A program made the translations under genes and the position numbers. A DNA stretch of 64,000 bases from Negaprion brevirostris (Eukaryota): contig JARDVH010000073.1 in NCBI GenBank assembly GCA_030324005.1, forward strand, positions 83,918,934 to 83,982,933. The letters are read 5' to 3'. Every line of letters begins with the position of its first letter. Position 1 is the stretch's first letter. Shown piece by piece: positions 24,681-39,079 of this stretch. Under the pieces are notes generated by a model, which was not told where the DNA came from, ran no database searches, and worked only from the letters and a program-made list of their open reading frames with translations.

Positions 24681-25996
24681 CGCAGACATTCCCTAATCTT
24701 TTGATCATATATATGCCATACGTAAATCCTTGGGAACTAAATCTAGCGCTGACACATTCCTTCTTTGTTGATCCAGAAAGTATTCCCCACAATATAGAAA
24801 TCCCAGTATAAATATTGGGCAAACCTGCGAACTAAATTCTGAAAACTCAATGTTCTACAGTTCTTTTAGTCTAACTCCTTGTGGAATATTTGAGTTTTCA
24901 GGTGTAGAACAACACACTGCAATGTCAAGGACAATCTTAACTGATTCAAGGGATGGCACCACTGAGACTAAAATTTTGTGAAAATCCAATTTGAGAGCTT
25001 TTCCTCAAGTTGCCTCTGGTTGTTTTTTGCAAATCATGTTAAATCTAGGTCAATACACAAAGGACATAGATTTAAGGGATGGACAAAAGAATCTGAGATG
25101 ACATGAGATAAAACTTTTTTACGTAACAACTGGGTAGGATCTGGAATGCTCTACCAATATCTGCCTTCAAAAGGGACTTTGATGAATACTTGCAGAGGTG
25201 TGCAAAAATTGTGGGGAATAAGATAAACTGGATTGCTGTTCAAAGAATCTAGCACAGACAAGATGGGTCAAAAGGCCTTGACTGTGCTTTATATGACGAT
25301 TCTGCTCTATGATGAAAAGGGAGTGCCACAAGGCACTAAAATACATCTTTTAAAATTTTGTGCAGAACTCCTGCACAACTTTTTGAAGACTGAAGAAACA
25401 TGCGCTGAAAATCTCCATCATTAGTTACAACTGAAATACTCTGGTGCCACTGAAAGTGAAAGGTGGGTTTCTGTGGGGGAGGAGGGGCTTTGTGGGGGTT
25501 GGGTTTCTAGGAAGTGTGGGGAGGTTCCATAATGATAATGGGTGATTTTATTCTATTATTATATTTTTGACATTGGGTGTCCCCATATGTATGTCAAGAT
25601 CTGAGGTTGTTGGCAGGAGCCCACACCACCATCATGACATGATGGGTCCCACCTCCTTGATTACTTAGACCAAATGTTAAAAGATATGATGGAAAAATCC
25701 AGCAGAGGAGCTGGTGAGCAACACCTTGTTTTTCCCATCTGAGTTCTGACACTTAATCAAAAAATTAGAAAGCTTTGCTCCACTTGTATGTATCCTTTGC
25801 GTGATTGCATAACAGTTTAAGTCTGAAAGGAAAATAAGACACTTAAAAAAACAAGGTTCGATCCTTGATCTATTGATGGTCATTCAGCCAATTCAACAGT
25901 GAAAGCAGTATAATTTACCCCTGAGCTAAAGGGAAAGAAAATTCACTAAAAGTTCATGCACCTGATCAACATGCTAACAGAAAGTCCATTTGGGAA

Positions 25997-26290
25997 AGCA
26001 CCAGGAGCCAGGTTTAATTCCAGCCTTGAGTAACAGTCTGTGTGAAGTTTGCACATTCTCCCTGTGTCTACACGAGTTTTCTCTGGGTGCTCTAGTTTCC
26101 TCCCACAGTCCAAAATGTGCATTTTACGTGGGTTGGCCATGCTAAAATTGTCCCTTAGTGTTCCAAGATGTGTTGATTAGGAGGATTAGCGGGTCAAATA
26201 CGTGGGGCTACAGGGATAGGGCTTGGGTGGAAGGTCGTTGAGGACTCAATGCACTGAGTGGCCTCCTTCTGCACTTTGGGGAGTCTATAT
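25997..26290 (+). mobile_element. HE1-type SINE, 5'-truncated
   Basis: B-box region ggtttaattcc, core gtttgcacattctccc, tail ggcctccttctgcact. Confidence 0.8.
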
Positions 26291-27118
26291 CAGGTGAGGA
26301 TAGAAAGGGTTCAGCTGTGCATCTCTCCATGTTCGAATAACTAACCAAACGCTAACTATATAGGCTCAGATATGAGGAGTGTAAATGTATCAATGAATGT
26401 TGAATTGTGCTGGGTGCTGCTGACAGTTAGGGAACTGAATGCCTACACAACTGAACACTTGTAGGGGAGGAGAGGAAAAAAACTAGAGGGTAATTTATAT
26501 TAAGGCTAGAATCCTGAGTTTGAAAGTTCTAGTCAAAACTATTTTGTGTAAACTTTCTCTATGGATTCCAACTTATTTAGTAATAAAAGTTGGGGATTTC
26601 TTTTTGCAGATGTATAACAAGAGGCACATGTTAGGGATATTAAAAGCTGAAATAGTCTCTCAGTTGTCAAAAGCTTACATTACTCAGTGAGAGCCCAGAA
26701 TAGCCAAAGAAATAGTGATATGAGGATGAAATGTTGTGAATGTGCACAGATGTATGTGGACCATGGGTCTGACACTCCAAGAAAAACTGATACTTAAATT
26801 CTTAGACATAGCACATGCATACACAGCATGCCTAAGGATTTGTATATCGTTTTTGATAGATGGAAGAATGGACCTCACATGGAGATTAATGTTGATGGAT
26901 ACTTTTGATTGAGAAGGGGAAAACATTAATATTATTTTGTGTTTATTGAACAATATGATGGTGGGATAAACAATGTAACAAAATTCAGGAAGTTTATACA
27001 GCTGTGTTATTTCTCAGACATTTTTCCAAACTATTAAACTGAAAAGTCGCGATTTGAGACTGAAGTTGTTTTAAATCTGCAAAGATGTTAATTGATAAAA
27101 GCAGAGAAGAGCTTACAC

Positions 27119-27240
27119 AGGATTTTATGACCCTGCTCACTCCAAAAGTGTAAAATCCTGCCCAAGGTCAATGGACCTTTCCCTTGTCCGCCCCTTGCTT
27201 GCTCCGATTCCCGTGGCGGGCGGGACAGTAATATTCTGGC
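27119..27240 (+). mobile_element. Short (~125 bp) MITE-like repeat
   Basis: Collinear with 39261-39385 (gggatttt...taaaatcc...ggaccttt...gattcccgtggcgggc). Related short elements at ~40265-40445, 44255-44375 and 58780-58972. Confidence 0.6.
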
Positions 27241-28084
27241 TCAACATATAGCATTTCAGATTATTGAAATCATAATTCGATACATAAAAATACTTTTCAG
27301 CTATGATTTAAATGTGCTGAAGGTTTAATCATTTTACTGAAAATTAACAACCGAGATTTGAGCAAAAAAAAACTCTTACCTTCACAGTTGAATTTTTACA
27401 TTTTACATTTTCCACAGTTAACATGTAATTTGCAATACCTATTTGTAGCTAAATGTTGGATCTGTTCTAAATTCGTATGTTCGAAATTTCAAAAACCATA
27501 ACAGCAAACTTTTATCCTTTTGACTTAATCGTCTTTTTGTCTGTCACTTAATAAACAATACTTTGAGGAAAGCTTGAAGCCCTGAAGCTGCCACCAGGAG
27601 CTGGTATTCAGCTCTACAGAATGAGTTATACAGTTAAATTATTCTCAGTTGTACAATGAATATTCTCAAAACAGTCATTTGAATTGGACGTGTCCTAACC
27701 TGAGGTGGCAGGAATTGAGGGGTGAAAATGAGGGATGAAAATTCATAGTGTAAATCTCCCAGTGACTGATCATAAAGTGAGAGCATTGGCGCATCTGTCT
27801 GCTTTGTAGGGTGAAAATAGTAAATGACACATAAAAATTCAAAAAGGCAAGGAAGATAAATCTTCTAGTCAGGAATTCAGATATGTCATTATCACTTTGA
27901 AAAACCACATTACACTGAATATGTTGTACATGATGTATGCATTCTGTCCACAAGGTTTAGCTTTCTGCATCGGGAATTTCAGTTATACATTTTATGATCA
28001 CATTTAATATTGAAAAGGAAATGGAAAAGATATAAGCACTTTGCCATCATATAGTTGGTCAACCAACATAGTCATTTAAAATGT

Positions 28085-29165
28085 ACGAGAACCAGAACAA
28101 AGAACAAAGAAAATTACAGGACAGGAACAGGCCCTTCAGTCTTCCAAGCCTGCATTGACCATGCTGCCCATCTGAACTAAAACTCCCTACCCTTCCGGGG
28201 ACCACATCCGTCTATTCTCATCCTATTCATGTATTTGTCCAAACGCCCCTTAAAACCCACTATCGTATCTACTTCCACTACCTTCCCCAGCGATGAGTTC
28301 CAGGCACCCACCACCCTCTGTATAAAGAATTTGCCTCGTGCATTTCCTTAAAACCTTGCCCCTCGCACCTTAAACCTATGCCTCCTAGTAATTGACTCAT
28401 TCACCCTGGCAAAAAGCTTCTGACTATTCACTCTGTCCATCCCCCTCAAAATTTTGTAGACTTCTATCAGATCACCCCTCAGCCTCTGTGTTCCAATGAG
28501 AACAAACCAAGCTTCTCCAACCTCTCCTCATAGCTAATGCCCTCCATACCAGGCAACATCCTGGTAAATCCCAGACTTATCATCCACCAAGTCTTTCTCT
28601 CTGGTGAATACTGACACAAAGTTACTTACTGCCTTGCTCATTTCCTCTGGTTCCACGCATAAATTCCATCACATGTCCTTGAATGGGCCAACCTTCTTCC
28701 TGGCTACCCTTTTGCTCTTAAATATGTATAAAAAGCTTCGGGATTTTCCTTAATCCTGCTGGCCATTGACTTATTGTTGCCTCTTTTAGCCATCCTAACT
28801 CCTTGCTTAAGTTTCTTTCTACTTTCCTTGTATTCCACACTTGTTTTGTGTGTTCCCAACCTCCTGGCATGGACAAAAGGTTCCTTTTTCATTTTGACTA
28901 GGCTCATAATATCTCTCGTCATCCAACGTTTCCGAAACTTCCCATACTTATCCTTCATCCTCTCAGGAACGTGCCGGTCCTGAATTCCTATCAACTTATA
29001 TGTGAAAGCCTCCCACATGCCAGATGTTGATTTGCCCTCAAACATCTGCTCCCCGTCTAAATTCTTCAGTTCCCGCTTAATATTGTAATTAGCCTTCACC
29101 CATTTAGCACCTTCACCTGAGGACTACATTTATCTTTATTCATCAGTACCTTAAAGCTTATCGAA
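28085..29165 (-). mobile_element. CR1 LINE pieces (3' end 28085-28570 joined to an upstream ORF2 segment 28570-29165)
   Basis: CR1 3' microsatellite (gaacaaa)n on the + strand; ORF 28704..29099 KANY..IKREL...W...IKENPEAFY. Confidence 0.8.
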
Positions 29166-30350
29166 CCAGTCACTCTTGAAAGAAATTTAGTCACTATTTT
29201 CTCAGTCAGTAATATTTCTAATTTTCTAATTTTCAACACAAGATTAAGGAAAGAATGCACACAAACAATTTGTAAGAACAACTGTTCTTCATTTAAAATT
29301 CTCAGGTTTGTCGCAAAAAGCGTGAATTATATAGATATTTTCTAAACTAGCCAGTGAAATTTTATCCAAGTGTACATGTAGTATCACATGTACAATGTCA
29401 TCCCTTTTAAAAAATACTTTATGCGTTAATGTTTCAATGAAGTTGCATCAAATGTGAATTATTTAATGGCCCATGAACCACTCACTCCTAGTTGTACTAC
29501 TGTTTCACTGCATTTTCATGTAATATGGTTGTGTATTACAAAGATGAAAAAATACTGTTCAATGTTTATAATGGAATTAATTTAGATACTCAGTGAAGCT
29601 GGAAAATATGGATATACAACTGAAGTTATAGGAATTTTATTTCACATATGTTTTTTCGTGAATCGCAAATCTGTTGAGACCAAGAGGTGAGCATTTCAAA
29701 CTAATCTTGCATCTGTAAAGCAGGGTTTTGTTCAATATGAAAAAATCTGCACTGTTGGATATTTGATCTCTCTGGTTCTACATTCCCATTCGTGTGTGAA
29801 TAATCGTTTTTCTTTCAAATCTACAAAATGCAGTTATGACAAACTGATATGTCTTTTCAGACAGCGAATGTGTTTGCAGTTGACTCAATTTTCTGATCTT
29901 ACTAGTCAATTGAACAGTATCAGATCTATATTATAGTGCAAAATTTGCATGACTCATTTTCTAAGTACTAATCTTCAGGCCAATCTATGGACAATGCTCT
30001 TGTGTGAAACCAGTTACTGTGTGGAGTGCCTTGCCCCATGATGGTTCTTCCCACATTATGGAGAAAATTTTAGCTTTTCTTCACCAGCATGAAACAGCAT
30101 TCCTCAAGATCTCACTGCACAACAGTTAATGAGCAAAGCTTGCATATTATAACTCCATGGCACAACATGCTGTTACTGAAATATACTTCATTCTGAATCA
30201 CAAGAAATGTTTAAAGAATCTAAAAAAACATCTTCCACTCTCTAAAGCACTTTATTATTGTCACTGAAATATTTTAAATTCATTCATCAGCAGCCTGGCA
30301 GGTCGCAGAGGTTCACATTCTGTTAATATATTCCCTTAGTGTACATATAC

Positions 30351-30468
30351 CTTGGTAGTGCTTGACAAATCTTGCCTGTGGGATCTCTGCAGGTTCTGCT
30401 GCAAGGGCTGGTGCAAGTCTCATATTGCCACTCACACGTAGAATGAGCTGGAGACAATACCTCTGCAT
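30351..30468 (-). CDS. OTOG: Otogelin exon, Cys-rich TIL-like segment: (D)AEVLSPAHSTCEWQYETCTSPCSRTCRDPTGKICQALP(S)
   Basis: Acceptor tattacacAG, donor GTATAT; 118 nt, phase 1/2. CEW.Y..C.SPC..TCRDP motif of otogelin and gel-forming mucins. Confidence 0.9.
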
Positions 30469-31059
30469 CTGTGTAATACACAAGTAAATTTGGTATTTCA
30501 TTCAGGAGCCATTATGATGTATACATTTTAGATATAAAATACCTGTAACAGCAATCTAAAATAACACGCAGTCTGCTTTTGATGCTTATCACACATGAAG
30601 CTTTATTCTCAAATTCCTGTGCATCTTTATTTCAAGTACAAAAGACAAAGACAATGATTTGTAATGTACAGGAATCTTCCCAACAGCAGAAAACACTTCA
30701 GTCAGACTGTCTGGAGCCTCTCAAGTGACCTTTACGTTCATAAAATAGACATTACATTGTGACATCTTTATGCTTTGCCCCTTGCCTCACAATACTAGAT
30801 TACTTTATTGCATTATGCATCTATCTTGCTCTACTACACATATTGCCTCCTGCTTCTCTCTGCCTCAACCGGTGGGGGGGGGGGGGGGGGGGGNNNNNNN
30901 NNNCCCCCCCCACCCCCGCCAACTCCACTCCATCTTCCAATGTTAGCCCCTTCTCTCATTACAGTGCCATTGATAGCACAGCCTTGAGGTATTTTGGCCC
31001 ACCCTTCCCTTCAGCCCAAAAATCTCCTTTCACTATGAAGGAGTTTGATGGGAGAGTCA

Positions 31060-32130
31060 TAGGCCACAATCTTATGACATTCACGACATGAAAACTGGAG
31101 TAAATCTGCTGGTTTCTTCAGCAGGACTTTCAAAATGAATTACTCACACTCTGTGTACTGCAGAGTGCACCAGCGTGAATCAGTTCAAAAATCAGGGGGC
31201 CGGGCCTATTCCCACTGGAGCAGCTGGCAGCATAGCACTGAGTGGGCCACTGCACATATGCCAATCTGTCAGTGCAGGATCGGTACACGCGCAGTAGCCT
31301 GCATTGCTGGCCTTCCAATTGCTAGCCAGCTCAATCGCCATCTGTGGGAACCCCTGCTCCCACTTCAGTCTGATCGCTGACCCCTGGATGTGTCCAGGGC
31401 ACCCTCGATCCCCCACCTCCACCCCCAGCCCACCTGATCTCCTCCCCCCCCACCCCGGAAACTCCAACCCCCACCACAGCCCTGGCCCCTCCCCTAGCAG
31501 GCTGACACCTCTTTCCTTCCCAACCCCAATGCCCAGCACAGATCGTTGGCCGGCCTTTGATACTCAGCCGAAATGCAGAGTAGCAGCAGGACCCCATATC
31601 CCAATCAATCACTTTCAGAGTCCCCATCCCCATTAGGCCCTACCACCTTAGCACTGCCCGATGCTTGGTGAGCAGTGCCAAGGTATCCCTGGGCACTGCT
31701 CCTTGGGCACTGACAAGGTGGCAATGTCCAGGCAACACCTCCCCCGGCACCTAACTTCGTGAGGGTCATTGATTGCCCCCCCCCCCCCCCCCCCCNNNNN
31801 NNNNNNNNNNNNNNNNNNNNNNNNNNNNNNNNNNNNNNNNNNNNNNNNNNNNNNNNNNNNNNNNNNNNNNNNNNNNNNNNNNNNNNNNNNNNNNNNNNNN
31901 NNNNNNNNNNNNNNNNNNNNNNNNNNNNAGGTTTAAAATGGTGATTTGAATAAATTATGCAGCATCGCGCCAGAAATTGGCATGGAGCTGATGGCGCCAG
32001 AAATCCAGCTGCCAGAGGCATGCAGAGGCTGTGGCACCCAACGGGGAACCCACAAAATGGCCTCTGCGTGAGTGTTCCGGCCCGCTGCTTTACAAAAGCA
32101 GTGAAGCAGGCTGGAAGAATTGCCCCCAGA
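31060..32130. mobile_element. GC-rich MITE-like DNA transposon
   Basis: Ends aggccacaatctt / gaagaattgcccc; interior shares ggcac/gtgcc and poly-C tracts with 5419-6316. Confidence 0.55.
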
Positions 32131-32921
32131 TATTTCTAGTTGTGGAGTCCAAATCTATGGATCATAAATACATGATAGCCACTAATAAATAACAAACTAA
32201 TAAATAAACTATGAAAAAATGGAGGAGTAATTCCTTTGCCCAGAGAATAGCTTGAATGTTGATACTAGATGAAGTAATGGAGATGGATGGCATAGATGTT
32301 CTAATACAACTGGGTGATCCTCGGTTGTCCAGTGGCTATGAGCTCCATGGCCCTGCCTGTGACTGCCTCTTCCCAAGAGCCAAACTTTGATTTAGCACCT
32401 GAGGTACTAGCTGATTTAGTGATGATGATAGATAATGATGATAGAAGGTTCAGGACTAGCATGAAGGTGAGAGAGCACAGGTGCTCTCAGAGGCAAAGTA
32501 GAATTGCAGGTGTATGATCTGGAGTGACCATCACGTCACCTTCTCCCTGGTTAGTTGCCACACTCCACGGTATCAACTGGCATCTTCACATTGAATGGCA
32601 GACCACTATTTGCACATCACCCCTCCATTCCACCTCAGTCCCTTCCAGGATATAGAGATGACAATACAGCCCCTTAGTGAGGGACCTTTGTGCAAGCAGA
32701 GGCAGGTTAATTTTGGGCAGGCGTGCAGCTCCCTCTGAAAAAGCTGAACTGTGCCACAGACTAAAGCTTACAGAAAAGATGTATGCCTTTGCTGGGAGCT
32801 TTGCAGCACAGAGCAATGTTGCCAGTATTTTTAAAAAAAGCCCTGTCAAAATGCTTTGTTGACCTGTACAAAAGGTCCAATATTATAAATGTGATCGCAT
32901 GGGAAAAGAACTAGGGCAGAT

Positions 32922-34490
32922 TGAACATAAGAACATAAGAACTAGGAGCAGGAGTAGACCATCAGGTCCCTCGAGCCTGCTCCGCCATTCAATAAGATCA
33001 TGGCTGATCATTTTGTGGACTCAGCTCCACTGACCCGCTTGCTCACCATAACCCTTAATTTCTTTACTGTTCAAAAATGTACCAATCTTTNNNNNNNNNN
33101 NNNNNNNNNNNNNNNNNNNNNNNNNNNNNNNNNNNNNNNNNNNNNNNNNNNNNNNNNNNNNNNNNNNNNNNNNNNNNNNNNNNNNNNNNNACCTTACACA
33201 GCTGCAACATAACCTCGCTGTTTTTAAACTCCATACCTCTAGCAAATTCTATTTGCCTTCTCAATTACCTGCTGCACCTGCAAACCAATTTCTTGTGATT
33301 CTTACACAAGGACACCCAGGTCCCTCTGCACAGAACCATGCTGCAATTTTTCACCATTTAAATAATAGTCCATTTTGCTGTTATTCCTACCAAAATAGAT
33401 GACCTCAGATTTATCAACGTTGTACTCCATCTGCCAGACCCGTGCCTCCTTACTTAGACTATCTATATCACTTTGCAGACTTTCAGCGTCCTCTGCACAC
33501 TTTGCTCTGCCACTCACCTTAGTATCATCTGTGAACCTTGACAAACCTATGTAAATCTTAAACAACTGTGATCCCAACACTGATCCCTGAGGCACACCAC
33601 TACTCACTGATCGCCAACCAGAAAAATATTCATTTACCCCCACTCTTTGCTTTCTATTCGTTAACCAATCCTCAACCATGCTCATACAATATCTGTAACA
33701 CTGTGCACCTTTACCTTATGTAGAAGTCTTTGGTGCAGCACCTTATCAAATGCCTTCTGAAAATCCAGGTACACCATATCCACAGGTTCCCCATTGTCCA
33801 TTGCGCATGTAATGTTCTTAAAGATTTCCACCAAATTAGTTAAACATGACCAGCCCTTCATGAACCATGCTGTGTTTTTCCAATGGGACAATTTATATCC
33901 AGATGTTTTGCTATTCCTTGATGATGATTAAAGCATTTTTCCTACTACAGAAGTTAAGCTAACTGGCCTACAGTTATCCATCTTTTGTCTACCTTTTTTT
34001 TAAACAGTGGCATCACATTTCTTGTTTTCCAATCTGTGGGAACCACCCCAGAATCAGCAAATTTTGGTAAATTATCACTAGTGCATTTGTTATTTTCCAC
34101 GCCATATCTTTTAGTACTCTGGGATGCATTCCATCAGGGCCTGGAGACTTGTCTACTTTTAGCCAAATTAGCTTGTCCAACACTATCTCTTTCATGATAA
34201 TAATAGTTTCTAGGTCCTCACCTGCCATAGCCTTCCTGTCATCAATTTTTAGCATGTTATTTGTATCTTCCACTGTGAAGACTGACACAAAATACCTCTT
34301 CAATGCCTCAGCCATTTTCTCATTTCCAGTTATTACATCCCCCTTCTTATCCTTTAAAAGAGCAATGTTTACTTTAGCCACTCTTCTTTGTTTTATATAT
34401 CTGCGGAAACTTTTGCTATCTGTTTTTATACTCTAAACTAGTTTACTCTCATAATCCATCTTACTTTTCCTTATAGCTGTTTTATAGCTG
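32922..34490 (-). mobile_element. CR1 LINE (RT domain and 3' UTR), decayed
   Basis: DKSPGPDGMHPRVLK, YLDFQKAFDKV, SGVPQGSVLG and FTDDTK on the minus strand; 3' tail (gaacataa)n at 32922-32941. Confidence 0.92.
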
Positions 34491-35309
34491 GCAAGCAGCT
34501 TCCAGGCAGAGCAAGAGTGCATAAGCCTTCATGGAGCATCGGCTGACAGTCTGAACAATGAAATCTTTGATGTGACACGGGCTGTCTGCCAACTCAATTT
34601 CTAACTAATACTGGTGCATCTGATCCTTGTGACTCGTAACCTCAGCTATGCCCCTCCCTTATCTGCTGTGGGGTTATCAATGAAGAGAGATCAAAGAGGT
34701 GTGCCAGGAGCTTTTGCTCACCTGAAAGACAGAAAGCCCTAATGAAAGTGGCAAACCCTGTAAGAGAAAGGAGTTCGGAGAGGAAGGGCAAAAGCTCATG
34801 ATTGTTGTAGGAAACATATTAGATTGAGTGCATTGTTAGTGTTGAACAGCACCATGAAGAACTTCAGCCAAGATACCAGGTCCTGGGGGACTCACTGAGG
34901 TCACACCTTTGAAACCCATCACCCCCCCAACTCCAAGTGATTTGCATAATCCCCTGTGCAACTTGGAGTAAAGTTGAGAAGGGCACTTATCTCCTTGCTC
35001 CCCCTTAAATTTCATGGAGCCAGGTCACCACTTCTCAGGACCTGCACCAAATCACGCCCGCATAATTTTCAGCTGGGGAGGTGAGTGCATCATGTGAGGC
35101 TGTTGAATTGGGCTTCCAGACTGCTGGTAACATTACAATGAGGGGTTTTGCATATTTATCGGATTCCCACCCACTCTGGCAGGCCAGGAATATTGTGACT
35201 GGTTTGACACCTAACGGGAATCCCATTTTAGGCCCAATGCCCAATTCAGCAGAACATTGGGATTTCCGCCGGGAGCGAGCAAGCCAGGTGAATCCCGAGT
35301 CATGTCTTT

Positions 35310-37340
35310 TGATAAGCTGTTTGGAATTAGACAGCTCCAGTAGAAATGCCAAGAATAGAACATGGACCTCTACACCATGTTTGTCGACCTGACAAAGGCC
35401 TTTGACACAATCAGCCATGAATGGGCTGCAATGCAAACCAGCTTTTGATTTTCCAGTAGGTTTGTCAATTGAATCTTCTTAATTTCCTCCTATGATAAAT
35501 GGGATACATCCATTGCACTACATTTGCAATGGGAGGGTCATCAAGACAGCAGTTGATGGCAACCAGTAGCAGCCTGTAGATTTCTTCATTATTGCTGGAT
35601 GAAGACCGATTGAGTTTGTGGCTAAAGTGCTCTGCCCATCTTTCTAGAGCTTGTTTTTTTTTTCCTGTGAACAGTATTAACCTAACAGCACCAAAGATTG
35701 ATGACTAAACTGTAGCCTGGGATCTGTAAAGAGATTTCAGAGCACCACAAAATCATTTCCAGTCTTTATGGTTAGTATATGACTGAGATTTGTCTGCTTT
35801 TTATTCAGCCAAGTGTTTTGCATTTCTCTTAGCTTGCATTGAACAATCCTGAGGATGTTTCATTCAAAATTGTGATTGGATAATGATGACTTGTCATTGA
35901 GTTAAATGCTGTTAGAAATGTAGAAATGGCAGAAGCTCTCAAACTCCTGTTGAGTGGCAAAGCTCCAGGAGCTTTCCCAATTGCAACTGCCAAGGCTGGA
36001 GGTCAATGTCTGGTCAAGAAGCTCACTTTCATTTTAAGTGGGAGTCAGGAACCATCCAACAAGAGTACAATGATGCCTCCATTGTCCACCTTTACAATTT
36101 GGAAGGGACTCGCCCATCTTGTGGCAATCCATGAATACCTTTGAAAGAGAGAAATTTGGCTGCCATGAGAAGTTTAACAGAATGGTTCAACAGTTCCATG
36201 ACAGCTTGCTTGTGCATGTTGTGGATGATGATGAGTCCTCTGAGCCATTCCTAGCCATTAGTGGAGTTAAATGGGTCTGTGTGCTAGCACCAACCCTCTT
36301 CAGCATGTTTATCTCTGCCATACTCTCTGATGCCTTCCATTATGGTGATTCTGGCATCAAAATCAGGTACAGCATGAATGGGAAGCTGTCCAATCTGAAA
36401 TGACTTCAGCCAAAGACTAAGGTCTCCAAGGATACACTATATGATTTCCTGTTCACCAACGATTGTGCACTAGCTGCTGGTTCAGAGCTGGACATGAAAT
36501 ATAGCATGAAGTTGTTCGCCAGTGCATGTGACAACTTTGGCCTTACAATCAGCACAAAGAAAACTAAAGTAATGTCCCAGCCTGCATCAGAAAGACCTTA
36601 TCTTGATCACAATGACCAGACCTGTCAGCACTTAACTCAGCAGCACATTCTCTGGAACTGATATTGCAACACATGCAAGAATTGCCAAAGCAAGTATAAC
36701 CTTCAGCAGACTTTGAACATCAACTTGGGAATGAAGAGGAGTAGGTCTACCTATCAAACTGAAAGTCCATAGAGTCTGCCCACTCCACTCTATGCATTTG
36801 AGACTTGCAATACCAGCATCATGCCAAAAAGCTCAACCACCTGCTCTTGAGCTGCTTTCAAAAGCTTAAGAGGATCAAATAGCAGGACAAAATATCAGAC
36901 ATTGAGATGCTCATGTGTGCTGGTATGTTAAGCGTCCACTCCATATTGAGACAGCCATAACTGAGTTGGGCTGAATATATAGCCAAAATGTCTGACACTC
37001 ACTTACCAAAGCAATTCTTCTATGGAAAGTTTGACTCTGGGCTGTGCCCTCAGGGCAGTCACAGGAAATACTACAAAGAGAATCTGAAGGCTTCATTTAG
37101 AAGTTTTGATATTGGCTTTGAGTCCTGGAAAAAGCTCACCCAGGATCTCTGCACTTGACACAACCAAATAAATAAGATGCAGCCTCCTTTGAAGGCGAGT
37201 GCACATCTGGGGCATAGAGAAAACACAAAGAGAGGAAGTTCCAACCCAGCAACTCACCCAAAACTCTACTATTTGCAGTATATTCTTTTGAGCAGAACCT
37301 TTTAGATCAGCCTTAGAAATCATCCACATACACCTAGAAT
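35310..37340 (+). mobile_element. RTE-clade LINE, decayed and internally rearranged
   Basis: FVDLTKAFDTISH (35310-35430), GKAPG (35955-35970), KFGC.EKF..MVQQFHD, GVK..CVLAPTLFSMF, FLFTNDCAL, FGLTISTKKT on +; ERWAEHF and VQCKLREMQNTWLNKKAD on - (35520-35860). Confidence 0.8.
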
Positions 37341-38214
37341 CCTGCCAAACACCCAAATGATGAAAATGGTCAGCTTTGCTTCAAAGTACGAATGAAAATA
37401 ACATTCCCAATGTTGATTCCTAAGGGCCTCACTTTTCTGGACTGCTTATTCAGATAGGTCATGACAGGATTGAAATGACAGGATGGGGGAATGAGAATCA
37501 TAGATAAGAGGTTTTGTGATTGTAATAGTTCTATGTCCAGCAGGGAATAAATTAGAGAGCAAATTCTAGTTACATATATGCATGGTTAAACCTGGGACTT
37601 TCTGATTGATTTTCTCTGCTCCTCCTAAAGCTTTGTTCCACTGGAACCTTGCCAATGGACGTGACATTAAGATACCTAAAGGGTATGAAGTTGCAGTTCT
37701 TGTCTACTCGTTATCCATTAAATACACCAGAAAACATTAGGGCCAATGCACTCAGATGTAAATTATTTTTTTAACTGCATTTTAAGTCTTAATTTTTGCT
37801 AAAGGACCTCTCCAGACTTAAGATGTTGCTTTTACAATCTAATTCCTTCATTACTGTTGGAAATTGAATTAATTTTTTTTTCTTTTGATTCTTTTTTATC
37901 TTTGTCTCAATCCTAACCTTCTTTCCCTTTCTTTGTTTCACTTTCAGTGTGTGATTTTACATTGAATCACATATTTTAATTTACACTCCCTATGTTAGAC
38001 TTTGAAAATCTTCACTGAGACAGCAATCTGACAGAAGGAATATGTTGTTGCATGCCCTACTCACAGATGCCATGGGTCCTGCAGACAGGGTGCTGCACTG
38101 TAGAAGTAGTAGCCATAAGTTGCCACTCAGATGCTCATAAAGATTCTGTGGGCAGCTGTAAGCTTAATGGACAGCAAAAATCTTTCCTTTGGCGTTGACC
38201 ATAAAATGCAGGTC

Positions 38215-38690
38215 ATAGAATGATATAGCACCGAAGGTCGACTATGTGCTAGTCCAAGTCCCTGCTCGTGCCTCATAGTTCTGTACTTCTTCTTCCGTTC
38301 AAATGTTCATCCATTTCTCTTTAGAATGTCTCTACTGAATCTGCCCTTCTCATTCTTTCAAGTAGTGAATTTCAGATCACAGCAACTTGCTATGTTTTAA
38401 AGAAAATATGTTGCCTCGGCTTCTTTCTCCAATCATCTTAAACCTGTGTTCTGATTACTGGCCTTTTGCCACTGGAAGCTCTTCAAGACTTTCAGCAACT
38501 CTAACAAACCCCTTCTCAGCTCCAAAGAGAACAACACCAATTCTCCAGTCTCCATACATAGCTGAGGTTTCTCATGCCTGATACCATTCCAGTAAATCTC
38601 TTCTGCACCTTCTCCAAGGCATTGACATCCTTCCTAAAGTGCAATGCCCAGATCTGGACAGAATACTCTAGCTGAGACCTAACCTGCATG
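38215..38690 (-). mobile_element. Old CR1 LINE 3' fragment
   Basis: catagaatgatatagcac 3' end; gatctggacagaatactctagctgagacc corresponds to the RP.LEYCVQ.W region. Confidence 0.65.
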
Positions 38691-39079
38691 CTTCAAAACA
38701 ATAAATGTTTACGGGAATTAATTTTAGCTATGTATTCTCTCCTTTTGAAATTTTGTGTGTGTATCAGCCCCAGATCAACTCTGTATCAAATTATTGAATA
38801 GTTTTTATTCAATAAACTATGCTCAGATTTAAACTTTTTAAAAAATTCAGTGACTCTAAGATTAATGTTCAGTGTGAGATTTCACAGCTGGGGTGTGGAG
38901 ATATTTGTTTGAAATCACATAATGGTGAAAATGAGAAGCACCTGTTGAAAAACAGCTCTTATTCCCTATTCTTTATGAATATAATTAAGCCTGTTTTATG
39001 CATCTCCTTCCTTCATTCAGAATAGGCATTAAACTATATTTGCTGCTGAATAATATGTAGATAATGACCACGTTCAGAT

